Shown: piece after piece, positions 1 through 13,135 of the stretch
How positions within the stretch are numbered: position 1 is the first letter of the stretch
Layout: each line of letters opens with the position of its first letter
Position numbers and translations under genes: made by a program
The notes under the pieces: generated by a model
Told to the model about the DNA's origin: nothing
Seen by the model: only the letters and a program-made list of their open reading frames with translations
The model's database searches: none
Assembly (NCBI GenBank): GCA_964016885.1
Contig: OZ024752.1
Span: 39,432,001 to 39,496,000, forward strand
Origin: Eledone cirrhosa
Lineage: Eukaryota
Length of the DNA stretch: 64,000 bases
Direction of reading: 5' to 3'

Positions 1-131
1 TAAATCATTTAGTTTGGTCGTCCATCGTCTCAATTATCTCTACTACCTTAGAGCTGGTAAAATATTAATCAAAATATATATGAGAAATAAAATAGAATTG
101 CGAAAACATGCTATATATACTCAAATATCTA

Positions 132-404
132 TCTATCTATCTAAGGCGGGTAAAATTCCCGAGATTCATGGACGAGTTCTCTCCAGCGGTCTCTGTCCCT
201 CATTATCGCTGCCATATCCTGCATCTCCAACAGACCAGTGTCTGTCCTTAGGGCATCAACATACGTTAACCTTGGTCTTCCTCTTCTAGTGTGTCCATGT
301 AGGGGCTCCAAAAGGAACACTGAGTGCAATGTCATCTCTGGATGTCGGTGAGCATGTCCAGCCAACCTCAGTCTCCTCTGTGTCACTTTTGAGCTGACTT
401 TTGA
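132..404 (-). mobile_element. RTE-clade LINE 3' fragment, family A, (TAGA)n tail
   Basis: RRLRLAGH...GRPRLTY C-terminal motif; sister copies at 24802-25138, 14468-14778, 44515-44872. Confidence 0.85.
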
Positions 405-828
405 CAAATATAAGCCAAGGAATTTGTGACAAAAGAAATCAACTTTGTCTTTCATCCATTCAAGGTCGATAAAATAAGTACCGGTCTAGTAATAGGGGTT
501 GATTCTTCTTCTATATTTCTTTCTTATTTCCATTCTCTCTCACTTACTATCCTTCTCTAGAAGAAATCTGCAAAGTTGACCTTGGTGGGATTTGAATTCA
601 GAGAGGAGAGAGCCAAAACGAATAAATACTATAATAATTTCTAGTAAAAGATATCTGGTTAAGAAAACATTTACTAATTCCTCTTCATTGATTAACGTCT
701 ATCTTCCACACTAGCATGGGTTTGTCCCATTTTGAGGCAAGTTGGGTTGGATGACTGTGTCTTGCACATATAGGAGTGTTTCTGGTTGGTTTTCTACAGC
801 TGGATGCCCTTCCTAGGACCAACTGCAT

Positions 829-1320
829 TTACAGTGTGTGTAGAGTGCTTTTTGCCATGTCTTTTACATAACCACCTTACAGTGTGGGCTGGGTGCTTTT
901 TGTTGTGACACCTACACTACAACTTTACAGTGTGGGCTAGGTATTTTTTGTTTGTGATACCTACACGACTACTTTATAGAGTGGGCTAGGTATTTTTTGT
1001 TGTGACACCTACACAACTACTTTACAGTGTGGGCTGGGTGCTTTTTGTTGTGACACTTACACAACCACTTTACAGTATAGACTGGGTGCTTTTTGTCATG
1101 ACACCTACACAACTACTAGGCTGGGTGTTTTTTGTCGTGATACCTACACACCACTTTACAGTGTCTGCTGAGTGACTTTTGTCGTGACACCTACACGACC
1201 ACTTTACATTGTGGGCTGGATGCTTTTTGCCATGTCTTTTACACGACTACTTTACAGTGTGGGCTGGGTGCTTTTTGTTGTGACACCTACACAACTACTT
1301 TACAGTGTGTGCTGGATGTT
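829..1320. repeat. Degenerate tandem repeat from a SINE internal segment
   Basis: acagtgtgggctgggtgctttttgttgtgacacctacac units; similar degenerate array at 26730-27080. Confidence 0.8.
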
Positions 1321-1356
1321 TTGTGGTACCAGATTATAAATACAACTTTTTCTTAC

Positions 1357-1481
1357 CTTGAATATGAGGTGCTAAATTATAAACCAATTTCATACAGGTA
1401 TGACGACAACTTGTTTGAGGACGACCACATTGACGAACTAACCAACGGACAGCATAAGGAAGGGTTATTTGAGTCCATTGG
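1357..1481 (-). CDS. PRKDC: DNA-PKcs exon 31 (...VRWLVRQCGRPQTSCRH...); gene continues left of the window
   Basis: AG/GTAAGA; resembles human KWLLAHCGRPQTECRH. Confidence 0.95.
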
Positions 1482-1483
1482 CT

Positions 1484-2110
1484 ATAATAATAATAATAAT
1501 AATAATAATGATGTTTTCTTTATTAACCACGAGGGTTGACACAAAGTATAACATTAAGGACAACACAGGACAATACAGGACGGTACAAATGGGCATTTCT
1601 GCGTGTAAAAATAACAAAAACAGAGGATGTAACAAAAAAAAAGAAACAATGAAAAATTCCCCAATGGGGGGAGACTTGCGAGGGTCGCTCGTGGAGAAAG
1701 CCCACAAAAAAGTCATGTTTACCCTGACCGCTAGGGCAAGTGGCCTCTCTTACAGTTTTCTTCCTACGATGCTACAGGCACACACTCAGGGCAGGCCCAT
1801 TTACACGAGCTATTCCTGCCTCTCTCACCCACCTTTCAACAAACTAGCAGGAAGGTAGCACTTCCCTCTCCACCCTGATTTTCCTTTTCAGGTGAAACCT
1901 GAAAAAGTTAATGAGGGTGTCACCGAAGAGAAAAGTACCCGTCCTCAATCTTTTCAGACACGTCCACCATACGATCTCTTTTACCATGGCCACCAGGCAG
2001 ATAAAAACTGCCTGCCCTTCCCAGCTAAAGGAAGGCAGCGGGGCAATCCTCACGATGGACTCAGCTGATAGCCAGATCCGTCCTACACGCGACAGCAGGT
2101 GTTCGACATA
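1484..2110 (-). mobile_element. L1/Tx1-like LINE 3' fragment
   Basis: Homologous to 39009-40192; AATAAA followed by (ATT)n. Confidence 0.75.
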
Positions 2111-2842
2111 AAATAATAATAATAAAGGAGACTACTTAGAGTGTCAATTTATAATAGCAATAAAATTAATGATAATAATTAACTGGCCTTGTAGAACTTC
2201 CATTGTTGTTGAAAACTAAGACAATAACTACTTTCACATATGAATGTCAGCTGAAAAGTTCATTGACTGACTATGAAGGAGTGATGCTAGAGCTGTGAAA
2301 TCTTGCATGCATTAATTTCAACTCTTCTTATCAATAACTGTATTGTTTTTTTCCAGGGACTATCTTGAAAAATAAACCCCATTTGGTCATTCCATGAGAG
2401 TGTCTTGGTCAGCCTATAAACATTTTAGTCAACCCTCGTATTTATCGTTGAATAAGCTAATCTAACTTGTAAAATATTTACTTTAGCAGATGACAGTCAA
2501 AATTGTACTAAAATGCATGCATTAAATGATTAAAAAAAAAAATTGGCTCAATAAAAAGAAATCTAGACTTCACATTTCCCTCCTTACTGTAACTGCCACA
2601 TCCATTAACCACTAATGATTGTTTCTACTTTTGGCACAAGGCCAGCAAATTACCCAGTTCATTACTGGTACTTTATTTTATCGACCCCGTAAGGATGAAA
2701 GGCAAAGTTAACCTCGGCGGGATTTGAACTCACAATGGCAAGGGCCGTAACTTTATGCGTTAAAGCATGGCGTCCGACCCTCTACCGATACTGCCAATCC
2801 ACGCCTCCACTTTAACAACAACCATAGTTCTCAGTATATACA

Positions 2843-2876
<34 letters not shown>

Positions 2877-3360
2877 TGTATGCATTTGATTATAGCATTC
2901 CCTCCTAATTTCTTTGTCAACTAACAACCTTCTCTCAGTCTCTTTGCTTTGCGTCTTTCTCCATCCGCATAATACTGTAAGTAAACATCTTTCTCTTCCT
3001 TCTTCCTTATATTGTTACTACCAATCCCTTTCCTATCAGCACTCTTTTCCTCTCTCTCTCTCCGACTTTTCTTCCAACTGCATAACATATTACAGATTAT
3101 CATTATATCTTTATTGGCCACAACAGCTCAAACATACGTATTATACTAAAGGGCTACAAAATATCAACATCATAACAAACATTGAAATTTTTAATTTAGT
3201 TCAAGGATTCTTCATTACAACTTTTGTGAGCCTCAGGTTGGGAAGTTGTGCCTTAATATGTCACTAAAATAAATACAAGTAATGGGCCCTTCAACAACAA
3301 AATTAACACTGTGCTTGAGTGAAGAAACTAATTTGGTAACAGAAAAAACATGAAAGATAC

Positions 3361-3463
3361 CTTGGATGTTTGCGAACTGCACTCTCCTTCTTCAGCATAT
3401 CAGCTTTTTTCAAGATTATTCTTTCTAAGTGGTCCAAAGCTTTACAACACTGTGAATGGACAC
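3361..3463 (-). CDS. PRKDC: DNA-PKcs exon 30 (GVHSQCCKALDHLERII...)
   Basis: AG/GT; resembles human QQCCDAIDHLCRII. Confidence 0.95.
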
Positions 3464-3715
3464 CTAAGTATGAGAGAGAGAGAGAAAGAGAGGATTATAT
3501 TAATAGATAAATGTTTTGTTTTTTTGTAAACCACCCCACCACACACACACACACACAATGTATTTCAGTATTTGCTGATAATAATAATTTGATCTCTTAA
3601 AATCATTATAAATGAAAATATTTAGTAATGGAAATTCAATTTGTTGAACCCAGGTCAGCTCTGATTAAACAGGTCTATGACGAAAGGTATAGTAAACCAT
3701 AACTATCCTGCTTAG

Positions 3716-6700
3716 TATGATTTGAAGGAACTGAGGATGATTTGAAGGAAATTGTGGATGATTTGAGGGGAATTGTGGATGATTTGAAGGAACTGAGGAT
3801 GATTTGAAGGAAATTGTGGATGATTTGAGGGGAATTGTGGATGATTTGAAGGAACTGAGGATGATTTGAAGGAAATTGTGGATGATTTGAGGGGAATTGT
3901 GGATGATTTGAGGGGAATTGTGGATGATTTGAGTGGAATTGTGGATGATTTGAGGGGAATTGTGGATAATTTTAGTGGAATTGTGGATGATTTGAGTGGA
4001 ATTGTGGATGATTTGAGGAGAATTGTGGATAATTTGAGGGGAATTGTGGATAATTTTAGTGGAATTGTGGATGATTTGAGGGGAATTGTGGATGATTTGA
4101 GGGGAATTGTGGATGATTTGAGGGGAATTGTGGATGATTTGAGGGGAATTGTGGATGATTTGAGGGGAATTGTGGATAATTTGAGGGGAATTGTGGATAA
4201 TTTTAGTGGAATTGTGGATGATTTGAGTGGAATTGTGGATGATTTGAGGGGAATTGTGGATAATTTGAGGGGAATTGTGGATAATTTGAGGGGAATTGTG
4301 GATAATTTGAGGAGAATTGTGGATAATTTGAGGGGAATTGTGGATGATTTGAGGGGAATTGTGGATGATTTGAGGGGAATTGTGGATGATTTGAGGGGAA
4401 TTGTGGATAATTTTAGTTGAATTGTGGATGATTTGAGTGGAATTGTGGATAATTTGAGGGGAATTGTGGATAATTTGAGGGGAATTGTGGATGATTTGAG
4501 GAGAATTGTGGATGATTTGAGGGGAATTGTGGATAATTTGAGGGGAATTGTGGATAATTTGAGGGGAATTGTGGATAATTTGAGGGGAATTGTGGATGAT
4601 TTGAGGGTAATTGTGGATGATTTGAGGGAAATTGTGGATGATTTGAGGGGAATTGTGGATAATTTGAGGGGAATTGTGGATAATTTTAGTGGAATTGTGG
4701 ATGATTTGAGTGGAATTGTGGATGATTTGAGGGGAATTGTGGATAATTTGAGGGGAATTGTGGATAATTTGAGGGGAATTGTGGATAATTTGAGGAGAAT
4801 TGTGGATAATTTGAGGGGAATTGTGGATGATTTGAGGGGAATTGTGGATGATTTGAGGGGAATTGTGGATGATTTGAGGGGAATTGTGGATAATTTTAGT
4901 TGAATTGTGGATGATTTGAGTGGAATTGTGGATAATTTGAGGGGAATTGTGGATAATTTGAGGGGAATTGTGGATGATTTGAGGAGAATTGTGGATGATT
5001 TGAGGGGAATTGTGGATAATTTGAGGGGAATTGTGGATAATTTGAGGGGAATTGTGGATAATTTGAGGGGAATTGTGGATAATTTGAGGGGAATTGTGGA
5101 TGATTTGAGGGTAATTGTGGATGATTTGAGGGAAATTGTGGATGATTTGAGGGGAATTGTGGATGATTTGAGGGGAATTGTGGATGATTTGAGTGGAATT
5201 GTGGATGATTTGAGTGGAATTGTGGATGATTTGAGGGGAATTGTGGATAATTTGAGGGGAATTGTGGATGATTTGAGGGGAATTGTGGATGATTTGAGGG
5301 AAATTGTGGATGATTTGAGGGGAATTGTGGATAATTTGAAGGAAATTGTGGATGATTTGAGGGGAATTGTGGATGATTTGAGGAGAATTGTGGATGATTT
5401 GAGTGGAATTGTGGATGATTTGAGGGGAATTGTGGATGATTTGAGGGGAATTGTGGATAATTTGAGGGGAATTGTGGATAATTTTAGTGGAATTGTGGAT
5501 GATTTGAGTGGAATTGTGGATAATTTGAGGGGAATTGTGGATAATTTGAGGGGAATTGTGGATGATTTGAGGGGAATTGTGGATGATTTGAGGGGAATTG
5601 TGGATGATTTGAGGGGAATTGTGGATAATTTTAGTGGAATTGTGGATGATTTCAGTGGAATTGTGGATAATTTGAGGGGAATTGTGGATAATTTGAGGGG
5701 AATTGTGGATGATTTGAGGAGAATTGTGGATGATTTGAGGGGAATTGTGGATAATTTGAGGGGAATTGTGGATAATTTGAGGGGAATTGTGGATAATTTG
5801 AGGGGAATTGTGGATGATTTGAGGGGAATTGTGGATGATTTGAGGGAAATTGTGGATGATTTGAGGGGAATTGTGGATGATTTGAGGGGAATTGTGGATA
5901 ATTTGAGGGGAATTGTGGATGATATGAGTGGAATTGTGGATGATTTGAGGGGAATTGTGGATAATTTGAGGGGAATTGTGGATGATTTGAGGGGAATTGT
6001 GGATGATTTGAGGGAAATTGTGGATGATTTGAGGGGAATTGTGGATGATTTGAGGGAAATTGTGGATGATTTGAAGGAAATTGTGGATGATTTGAGGGGA
6101 ATTGTGGATAATTTGAAGGAAATTGTGGATGATTTGAGGGGAATTGTGGATGATTTGAGGAGAATTGTGGATGATTTGAGTGGAATTGTGGATGATTTGA
6201 GTGGAATTGTGGATAATTTGAGGGAAATTGTGGATGATTTGAGGAGAATTGTGGATGATTTGAGGGGAATTGTGGATAATTTGAGGGGAATTGTGGATAA
6301 TTTGAGGGGAATTGTGGATAATTTGAGGGGAATTGTGGATAATTTGAGGGGAATTGTGGATGATTTGAGGAGAATTGTGGATAATTTGAGGGGAATTGTG
6401 GATAATTTGAGGGGAATTGTGGATGATTTGAGGGGAATTGTGGATGATTTGAGTGGAATTGTGGATGATTTGAGGGGAATTGTGGATGATTTGAGGGGAA
6501 TTGTGGATAATTTGAGGGGAATTGTGGATAATTTTAGTGGAATTGTGGATGATTTGAGGGAAATTGTGGATGATTTGAGGGGAATTGTGGATGATTTGAG
6601 GGGAATTGTGGATAATTTGAGGGGAATTGTGGATGATTTGAGTGGAATTGTGGATGATTTGAGGGGAATTGTGGATGATTTGAGGGGAATTGTGGATGAT

Positions 6701-8010
6701 TTGAGGGAAATTGTGGATGATTTGAGGGGAATTGTGGATGATTTGAGGGGAATTGTGGATAATTTGAGGGGAATTGTGGATGATTTGAGTGGAATTGTGG
6801 ATGATTTGAGGGGAATTGTGGATAATTTGAGGGGAATTGTGGATGATTTGAGGGGAATTGTGGATGATTTGAGGGAAATTGTGGATGATTTGAGGGGAAT
6901 TGTGGATGATTTGAGGGAAATTGTGGATGATTTGAAGGAAATTGTGGATGATTTGAGGGGAATTGTGGATAATTTGAAGGAAATTGTGGATGATTTGAGG
7001 GGAATTGTGGATGATTTGAGGAGAATTGTGGATGATTTGAGTGGAATTGTGGATGATTTGAGTGGAATTGTGGATAATTTGAGGGGAATTGTGGATGATT
7101 TGAGGAGAATTGTGGATGATTTGAGGGGAATTGTGGATGATTTGAGGGGAATTGTGGATAATTTGAGGGGAATTGTGGATAATTTGAGGGGAATTGTGGA
7201 TAATTTGAGGGGAATTGTGGATAATTTGAGGGGAACTGTGGATGATTTGAGGAGAATTGTGGATAATTTGAGGGGAATTGTGGATAATTTGAGGGGAATT
7301 GTGGATGATTTGAGGGGAATTGTGGATGATTTGAGGGGAATTGTGGATGATTTGAGGGGAATTGTGGATAATTTGAGGGGAATTGTGGATAATTTTAGTG
7401 GAATTGTGGATGATTTGAGTGGAATTGTGGATAATTTGAGGGGAATTGTGGATAATTTGAGGGGAATTGTGGATGATTTGAGGAGAATTGTGGATAATTT
7501 GAGGGGAATTGTGGATAATTTGAGGGGAATTGTGGATGATTTGAGGGGAATTGTGGATGATTTGAGGGGAATTGTGGATGATTTGAGGGGAATTGTGGAT
7601 GATTTGAGGGGAATTGTGGATAATTTGAGGGGAATTGTGGATGATTTGAGGGGAATTGTGGATGATTTGAGTGGAATTGTGGATGATTTGAGGGGAATTG
7701 TGGATGATTTGAGGGGAATTGTGGATAATTTGAAGGAAATTGTGGATGATTTGAGGGGAATTGTGGATAATTTGAGGGGAATTGTGGATGATTTGAGGGG
7801 AATTGTGGATAATTTGAAGGAAATTGTGGATGATTTGAGGGGAATTGTGGATGATTTGAGGGGAATTGTGGATAATTTGAAGGAAATTGTGGATGATTTG
7901 AGGGGAATTGTGGATAATTTGACGGAAATTGTGGATGATTTGAGGGGAATTGTGGATAATTTGAGGGGAATTGTGGATGATTTGAGGGGAATTGTGGATG
8001 ATTTGAGGGG
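3716..8010. repeat. 21-bp minisatellite (GGAATTGTGGATGATTTGAGG)n, about 200 units
   Basis: Direct inspection; lies in the intron between exons 29 and 30. Confidence 0.97.
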
Positions 8011-8230
8011 TCTTTAGCTGTGGATAACACATGTTGGTTAAAGAAGTGTCATGGTTGATGGTAGAATATATCCACAGAAAAGGCAGATTAAGAAGAAAGA
8101 ACTAGGAAATAGTAAGGTCAACCTAACCACTGAATTAGAAATAATTTGGTGTTTTTTGACAACAATGGCAATAGATCAAAGTTAAATTAATGTTTATGGA
8201 AAGAAAAAAAACAAGTAACCTAAAACTTAC

Positions 8231-8325
8231 CTAAAGATTGATCATCCTTGTGACATAAAGCCAAGCTTTTTACGAAATGCACCAAAATGTTAAATACAAA
8301 CTCATCCACCAGTACATCATGTTCT
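8231..8325 (-). CDS. PRKDC: DNA-PKcs exon 29 (REHDVLVDEFVF...SLALCHKDDQSL)
   Basis: AG/GTAAGT; resembles human REEESLVEQFVF...SLALAHAD. Confidence 0.95.
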
Positions 8326-9037
8326 CTAGAATATAATAAGATAGAGAAAAATAACAAACAAGTAAGTAACTAAATAAGGGAGAACAAAATGAAAACGGTG
8401 AAATTTATAAGCTGATTTATCTTCTTGCAACATTGCCTTTCATCCTTACGGGGTCGATAAAATAAAGTACCAGTAATGGTCATTCCATGAGAGTACCTTG
8501 GTCAGCCTATGAACTTTTCAGCTGACCCTCATATAATAACTGCATTGTTTCTTTTGAGGGACTATGTTGAAAAATAAATCTCATTTGGTCAATTCCATGA
8601 GAGTATCTTGGTCAGCCTATGAACTTTTCAGCTGACCCTCATATAATAACTGCATTGTTTCTTTTGAGGGACTATGTTGAAAAATAAACCTCATTTGGTC
8701 ATTCCATGAGAGTATCTTGGTCAGCCTATGAATTCTTCAGCTGACCCTCATAAATACTATACTTTAAAATCTCTGTTAATGCTTAATGAAGTCCCAAAAA
8801 ATACTTTCCTCTTAAACAATTGTTAATTCTATACAAATTATATACAGTTATATACAAGTACATATGAAGTGAAATGGCAGAGTCATAAGAATTCTTCATG
8901 ACATTCATTCTGGCTCTCTGCCAAGATTAACTTTGCCCTTCATCCTTTCGAGGTTGATAAAAAAAGTACCGGTCTAGTACTGGGGTTGACTGGGGTATGT
9001 CACTTTCTATCCTTCTCTGGAGGAAATCTGCTGTGTT

Positions 9038-9580
9038 CTGACCTGGTCCCCCTAAAACTCATGAACTAGTGCCTTAAAACTCCTGATCTGGTGCCCCTAA
9101 AACTCCTGACCTGCTGACCCTAAAATTCCTGATCTAGTGCCCCTAAAGCTCCTGACCCAGTGCCCCTAAAACTCCTGACCTAGTGCTCCTAACCTAGTGC
9201 CCCTAAAACTCCTGGCCTGGTGCCCCTAAAACTCCTGACCTAGTGCCCTTAAAACTCCTGACCTAGTGCCCTTAAAACTCCTGACCCAGTGCCCCTAAAA
9301 CTCCTGACCTTGTGCCTCTAAAACTCCTGACATGGTGCCCCTAAAACTCCTGACCTAGTGCCCCTAAAACTCCTGACCTAATGCCCCTAAAACTCCTGAC
9401 CTTGTGCCTCTAAAACTCCTGACCTGATGCCCCTAAAACTCCTGACCTAGTGCCCCTAAAACCCCTGACCTAGTGCTCCTAAAACTCCTGACCTGGTGCC
9501 CCTAAAACTCCTGACCTAGTGCCCCTAAAACTCCTGACCTAGTGCCCCTAAAACTCCTGACCTAGTGCCCTTAAAACTCC
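9038..9580. repeat. 23-bp minisatellite (CCTGACCTAGTGCCCCTAAAACT)n
   Basis: Direct inspection; follows a SINE and resembles its tail. Confidence 0.92.
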
Positions 9581-9613
9581 ATCAGAATACAACTCAATCA
9601 TTAGAATATTTAC

Positions 9614-9732
9614 CTAAATATAACATAGAAATTGTTGAAGGCTAAAGCAGCTCCAAGTCTTTTAAATGGATCAGGATGAAGAGTGTAGCTGTAAAGTCGA
9701 GTTAAAACTGACGTCACATTCACTGGGTTTTG
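9614..9732 (-). CDS. PRKDC: DNA-PKcs exon 28 (QNPVNV...[16 protein letters not shown]...)
   Basis: AG/GT; resembles human HPNAFKRLGASLAFNN. Confidence 0.96.
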
Positions 9733-10487
9733 CTGAAAATACAGAAATGAAAGACTCACTCAAATAAAACTGAAATATTTTATATAGTATGTGTTCTAAC
9801 TGCTCACAGAATATGAGATCAAACTTTTTTAATTATCATCATCATCATCATCATCATTTTCTCTGCTTGCAAGGGTGGGACGGGAACTGATTCTGGCTTG
9901 ATTTCTACAGCTGGATGCCCTTCCTAACACCAACCTCATTTACAGTGAGTGCTGGGTGCTTTTTTTCCGTAGCGCCTACACGTCCACTTTAGAGTGTGGG
10001 TGGGTGCTTTTTTGCTGTGGCACCTACACATCCACTTTGCAGTGGAATGATAGGGACCCCAGTCCTATCATCTCCTTTCTACAGCTGAGTAAACTGGAGC
10101 AATGTGAAATAAAGTGTCTTGCTCAAGAAAACAAGACATCACCCGGTCTGAGAATTAAACTCACAACCTTTCGATTGCAAGACCAATGCTCTAACCACTA
10201 AGCCATGCGTCTCCACTAATATTTGATAAAATTGATACAGCAATTGATATTTGATAAAATCGAAACCAGTAATACTTGACAAAATTTGAATCCACTAAAT
10301 GAAACAATTATAAAATTATTCTTTCTGTCAGATTAAAGAAAACAATAATCTTTAAATATATCTCTGAGCTTTTTCACTTTTACTTTTTACCTATAACATT
10401 TGATTTGCATGGAATTTTACCCCCCTTTTAAACTATATATATATACGATATTAACAAATGGAAACTATATTTATAAAACCATATTTA

Positions 10488-10548
10488 TTTCATTATACAT
10501 ATTTCAAGGACACCAAGTTAAATTATGATGTGCTTTCATCAGATAAAA
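10488..10548 (-). ncRNA. Minimal hammerhead ribozyme, left arm of a fold-back
   Basis: ttttat-CTGATGA-stem II-GAAA-tatgta-TA-atgaaa. Confidence 0.7.
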
Positions 10549-10629
10549 TATAATATAGATCAGTTTTATAAATAAATATTGACATACCCTTAAAGAATGC
10601 AACCATTATTGTTGGAAGCTCCCGGATAG

Positions 10630-10686
10630 TCATCTGATGAAAGCACACCATAATTTAACTTGGTGTCCTTGAAATATGTATAATGA
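10630..10686 (+). ncRNA. Minimal hammerhead ribozyme, right arm of a fold-back
   Basis: tcat-CTGATGA-aagcacacca...tggtgtcctt-GAAA-tatgta-TA-atga. Confidence 0.7.
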
Positions 10687-11202
10687 AATAAATATGGTTT
10701 TATAAATATAGTTTCCATTTGTTAATATCGTATTTTAACTCCAAATATTTGTTGAGTGCTTTATATCAGTTATAAAAATATTTGCTTGTTGTATCCCAAC
10801 AATTTAAATAGAACTTTTACATATATATATATATATCTATATATATATACGTTATTCTGGGTTGAATCGGAGGTAACCACAGTAAGTAGGGTACTCAATA
10901 CATAGCAGAGTATAAAAGTTTTAATATAGATGAGATTCTACAGGACTAGAACTGTTTCATTCTTTAGAAATCATCATTCATGATTTCTAAAGAATGAAAC
11001 AGTTCTAGTCCTGTAGAATCTCATCTATATTAAAACTATATATATATATATATATAAATAACAGATTAAAGTTTAAGCAAAGAATCACTGCTTTCACCCT
11101 TAACGGGATCTTCAGAAGATCCCGTTAAGGGTGAAAGCAGCGATTCTTTGCTTAAACTTTAATCTGTTAATTATTATTACTATATATATATATATATATA
11201 TA

Positions 11203-12596
11203 AACGAACTAAGGAAAAAATTAGAAATAAGAGGGATCAGAGTTGTTTACTCGAGAGAAGGCTACGTTGGTATGGACACGTGATGCGCATGAAAGTCGAT
11301 AGCTGTATAACAAAGTGCAGGGCAATAAAGATAGACGGTAGTCACGGAGTAGGCAGACCCAGAAAAACCTGGGACGAGCTGATAAACTCCGACCTCACAC
11401 ACTTACACCTCACCAAGACAATGTCACTGGACCGAGACCTTTGGCGGTACTCAGTAACAGAGAAGACCCGCCTTACCTAAATATATAGTAAAACCTACTA
11501 CAGTCAGTAGGCATCTCTAACAAAATACACCCCGTCCCACACCACCCCGTTCTATGTAAAGTTATGTTGGTGCCGCGCCATCCAGGCTGAAACAAATGAG
11601 ATCGTGTAGGTGTCACGACAAAAAAACACACAGTCCACGCTGTAATGTGGCCGTGTAGGCAACACGGTAAAAACCTCCCAGACCCACACTGTAAATGTGG
11701 TTGGTGTTAGGAAGGGCATCCAACGGTAAAAACCTCCCAGCCCCACACTGTAAATGTGGTTGGTGTTAGGAAGGGCATCCAGCTGTAGAAAACCCGCCAG
11801 ATAGTCCACGCTGTAATGTGGCCGTGTAGGCAACACGGTAAAAACCTCCCAGCCCCACACTGTAAATGTGGTTGGTGTTAGGAAGGGCATCCAGCTGTAG
11901 AAAACCCGCCAGACAGTCCATGCTGTAATGTGGCCGTGTAGGCAACACGGTAAAAACCTCCCAGCCCCACACTGTAAATGTGGTTGGTGTTAGGAAGGGC
12001 ATCCAGCTGTAGAAAACCCGCCAGATAGTCCACGCTGTAATGTGGCCGTGTAGGCAACACGGTAAAAACCTCCCAGCCCCACACTGTAAATGTGGTTGGT
12101 GTTAGGAAGGGCATCCAGCTGTAGAAAACCCGCCAGATAGTCCATGCTGTAATGTGGCCGTGTAGGCAACACGGTAAAAACCTCCCAGACCCACACTGTA
12201 AATGTGGTTGGTGTTAGGAAGGGCATCCAGCTGTAGAAAACCTGCCAGACAGTCCAGTCCACGCTGTAATGTGGCCGTGTAGGCAACACGGTAAAAACCT
12301 CCCAGCCCCACACTGTAAATGTGGTTGGTGTTAGGAAGGGCATCCAGCTGTAGAAAACCTGCCAGACAGTCCAGTCCACGCTGTAATGTGGCCGTGTAGG
12401 CAACACGGTAAAAACCTCCCAGACCCACACTGTAAATGTGGTTGGTGTTAGGAAGGGCATCCAACTGTAGAAAACCTGCCAGACAGTCCTATGCGAGCAG
12501 GACAACCACTCTTGCCTCAAGTGGGACTACCCCCGTCCAAACCCATGCAAGCGTGGAACACGGACGTTAAACGTTGATGATGATGATGATGATGAT
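11203..12596 (+). mobile_element. RTE LINE 3' end, family B, with a 112/117-bp tandem expansion in the 3' UTR and a (GAT)n tail
   Basis: RLRWYGHVMRM...GRPRKTW; tandem units 11635-12490. Confidence 0.85.
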
Positions 12597-12947
12597 ATAA
12601 CAAAGAGGGTGTGGTAAGATACCAGGTGGACCATAATGCACTAGAGTACTCAATAATTAGGGTAGTAGAGTGGGTAATAGGAAAAGAGCCAGGATCCCAA
12701 CGTTTCGATAGCTTGATTTGAGTGATTCAGATCAAGCTCTGCTGAAACGGCCAGAGCCCTGACTTTTTTCCTACATATAAATATATTCATATGATTTATT
12801 GATTTATTGATATTTTATCTGAGTGACCCGAATCTTCCTGGTCGTAATTTTTCGGCCGCATGGGTGATTTTAGACATAATCTTTGTGTGTTGGTATTTTA
12901 ACGATAGTTATAGCTCTGATTTATCTGAATTATTGAGCCCTCTGCCT

Positions 12948-13135
12948 AGGGCGGTGGATTGGCAGTATCGGTAGAGGGTCGGACGCCATGCTTTCCAGCA
13001 TAGTTACGTCCCTTTACGATCTGAGTTCAAATCCCGCCGAGGTTGACTTTGCCTTTCATCCTTACGGGGTCGATAAAATAAAGTACCAGTAATGCACTGG
13101 GTAATTACTGGCCTTGTGCCTAAAGTAGAAACAAT
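12948..13135 (+). mobile_element. tRNA-derived SINE, family 1, with 19-bp TSD
   Basis: A box TGGCAGTATCGG, B box GAGTTCAAATC; TSD aattattgagccctctgcc at 12928 and 13133; many other copies (2618, 16220, 26340, 34279, 34487, 40200, 45296, 46334, 48075-48780, 60671). Confidence 0.88.

Noticed and set aside
3665-8032. 1455-aa and 1036-aa ORFs as protein-coding genes
   Set aside because: They arise from a stop-free 21-bp intronic satellite with no unique domain or splice context
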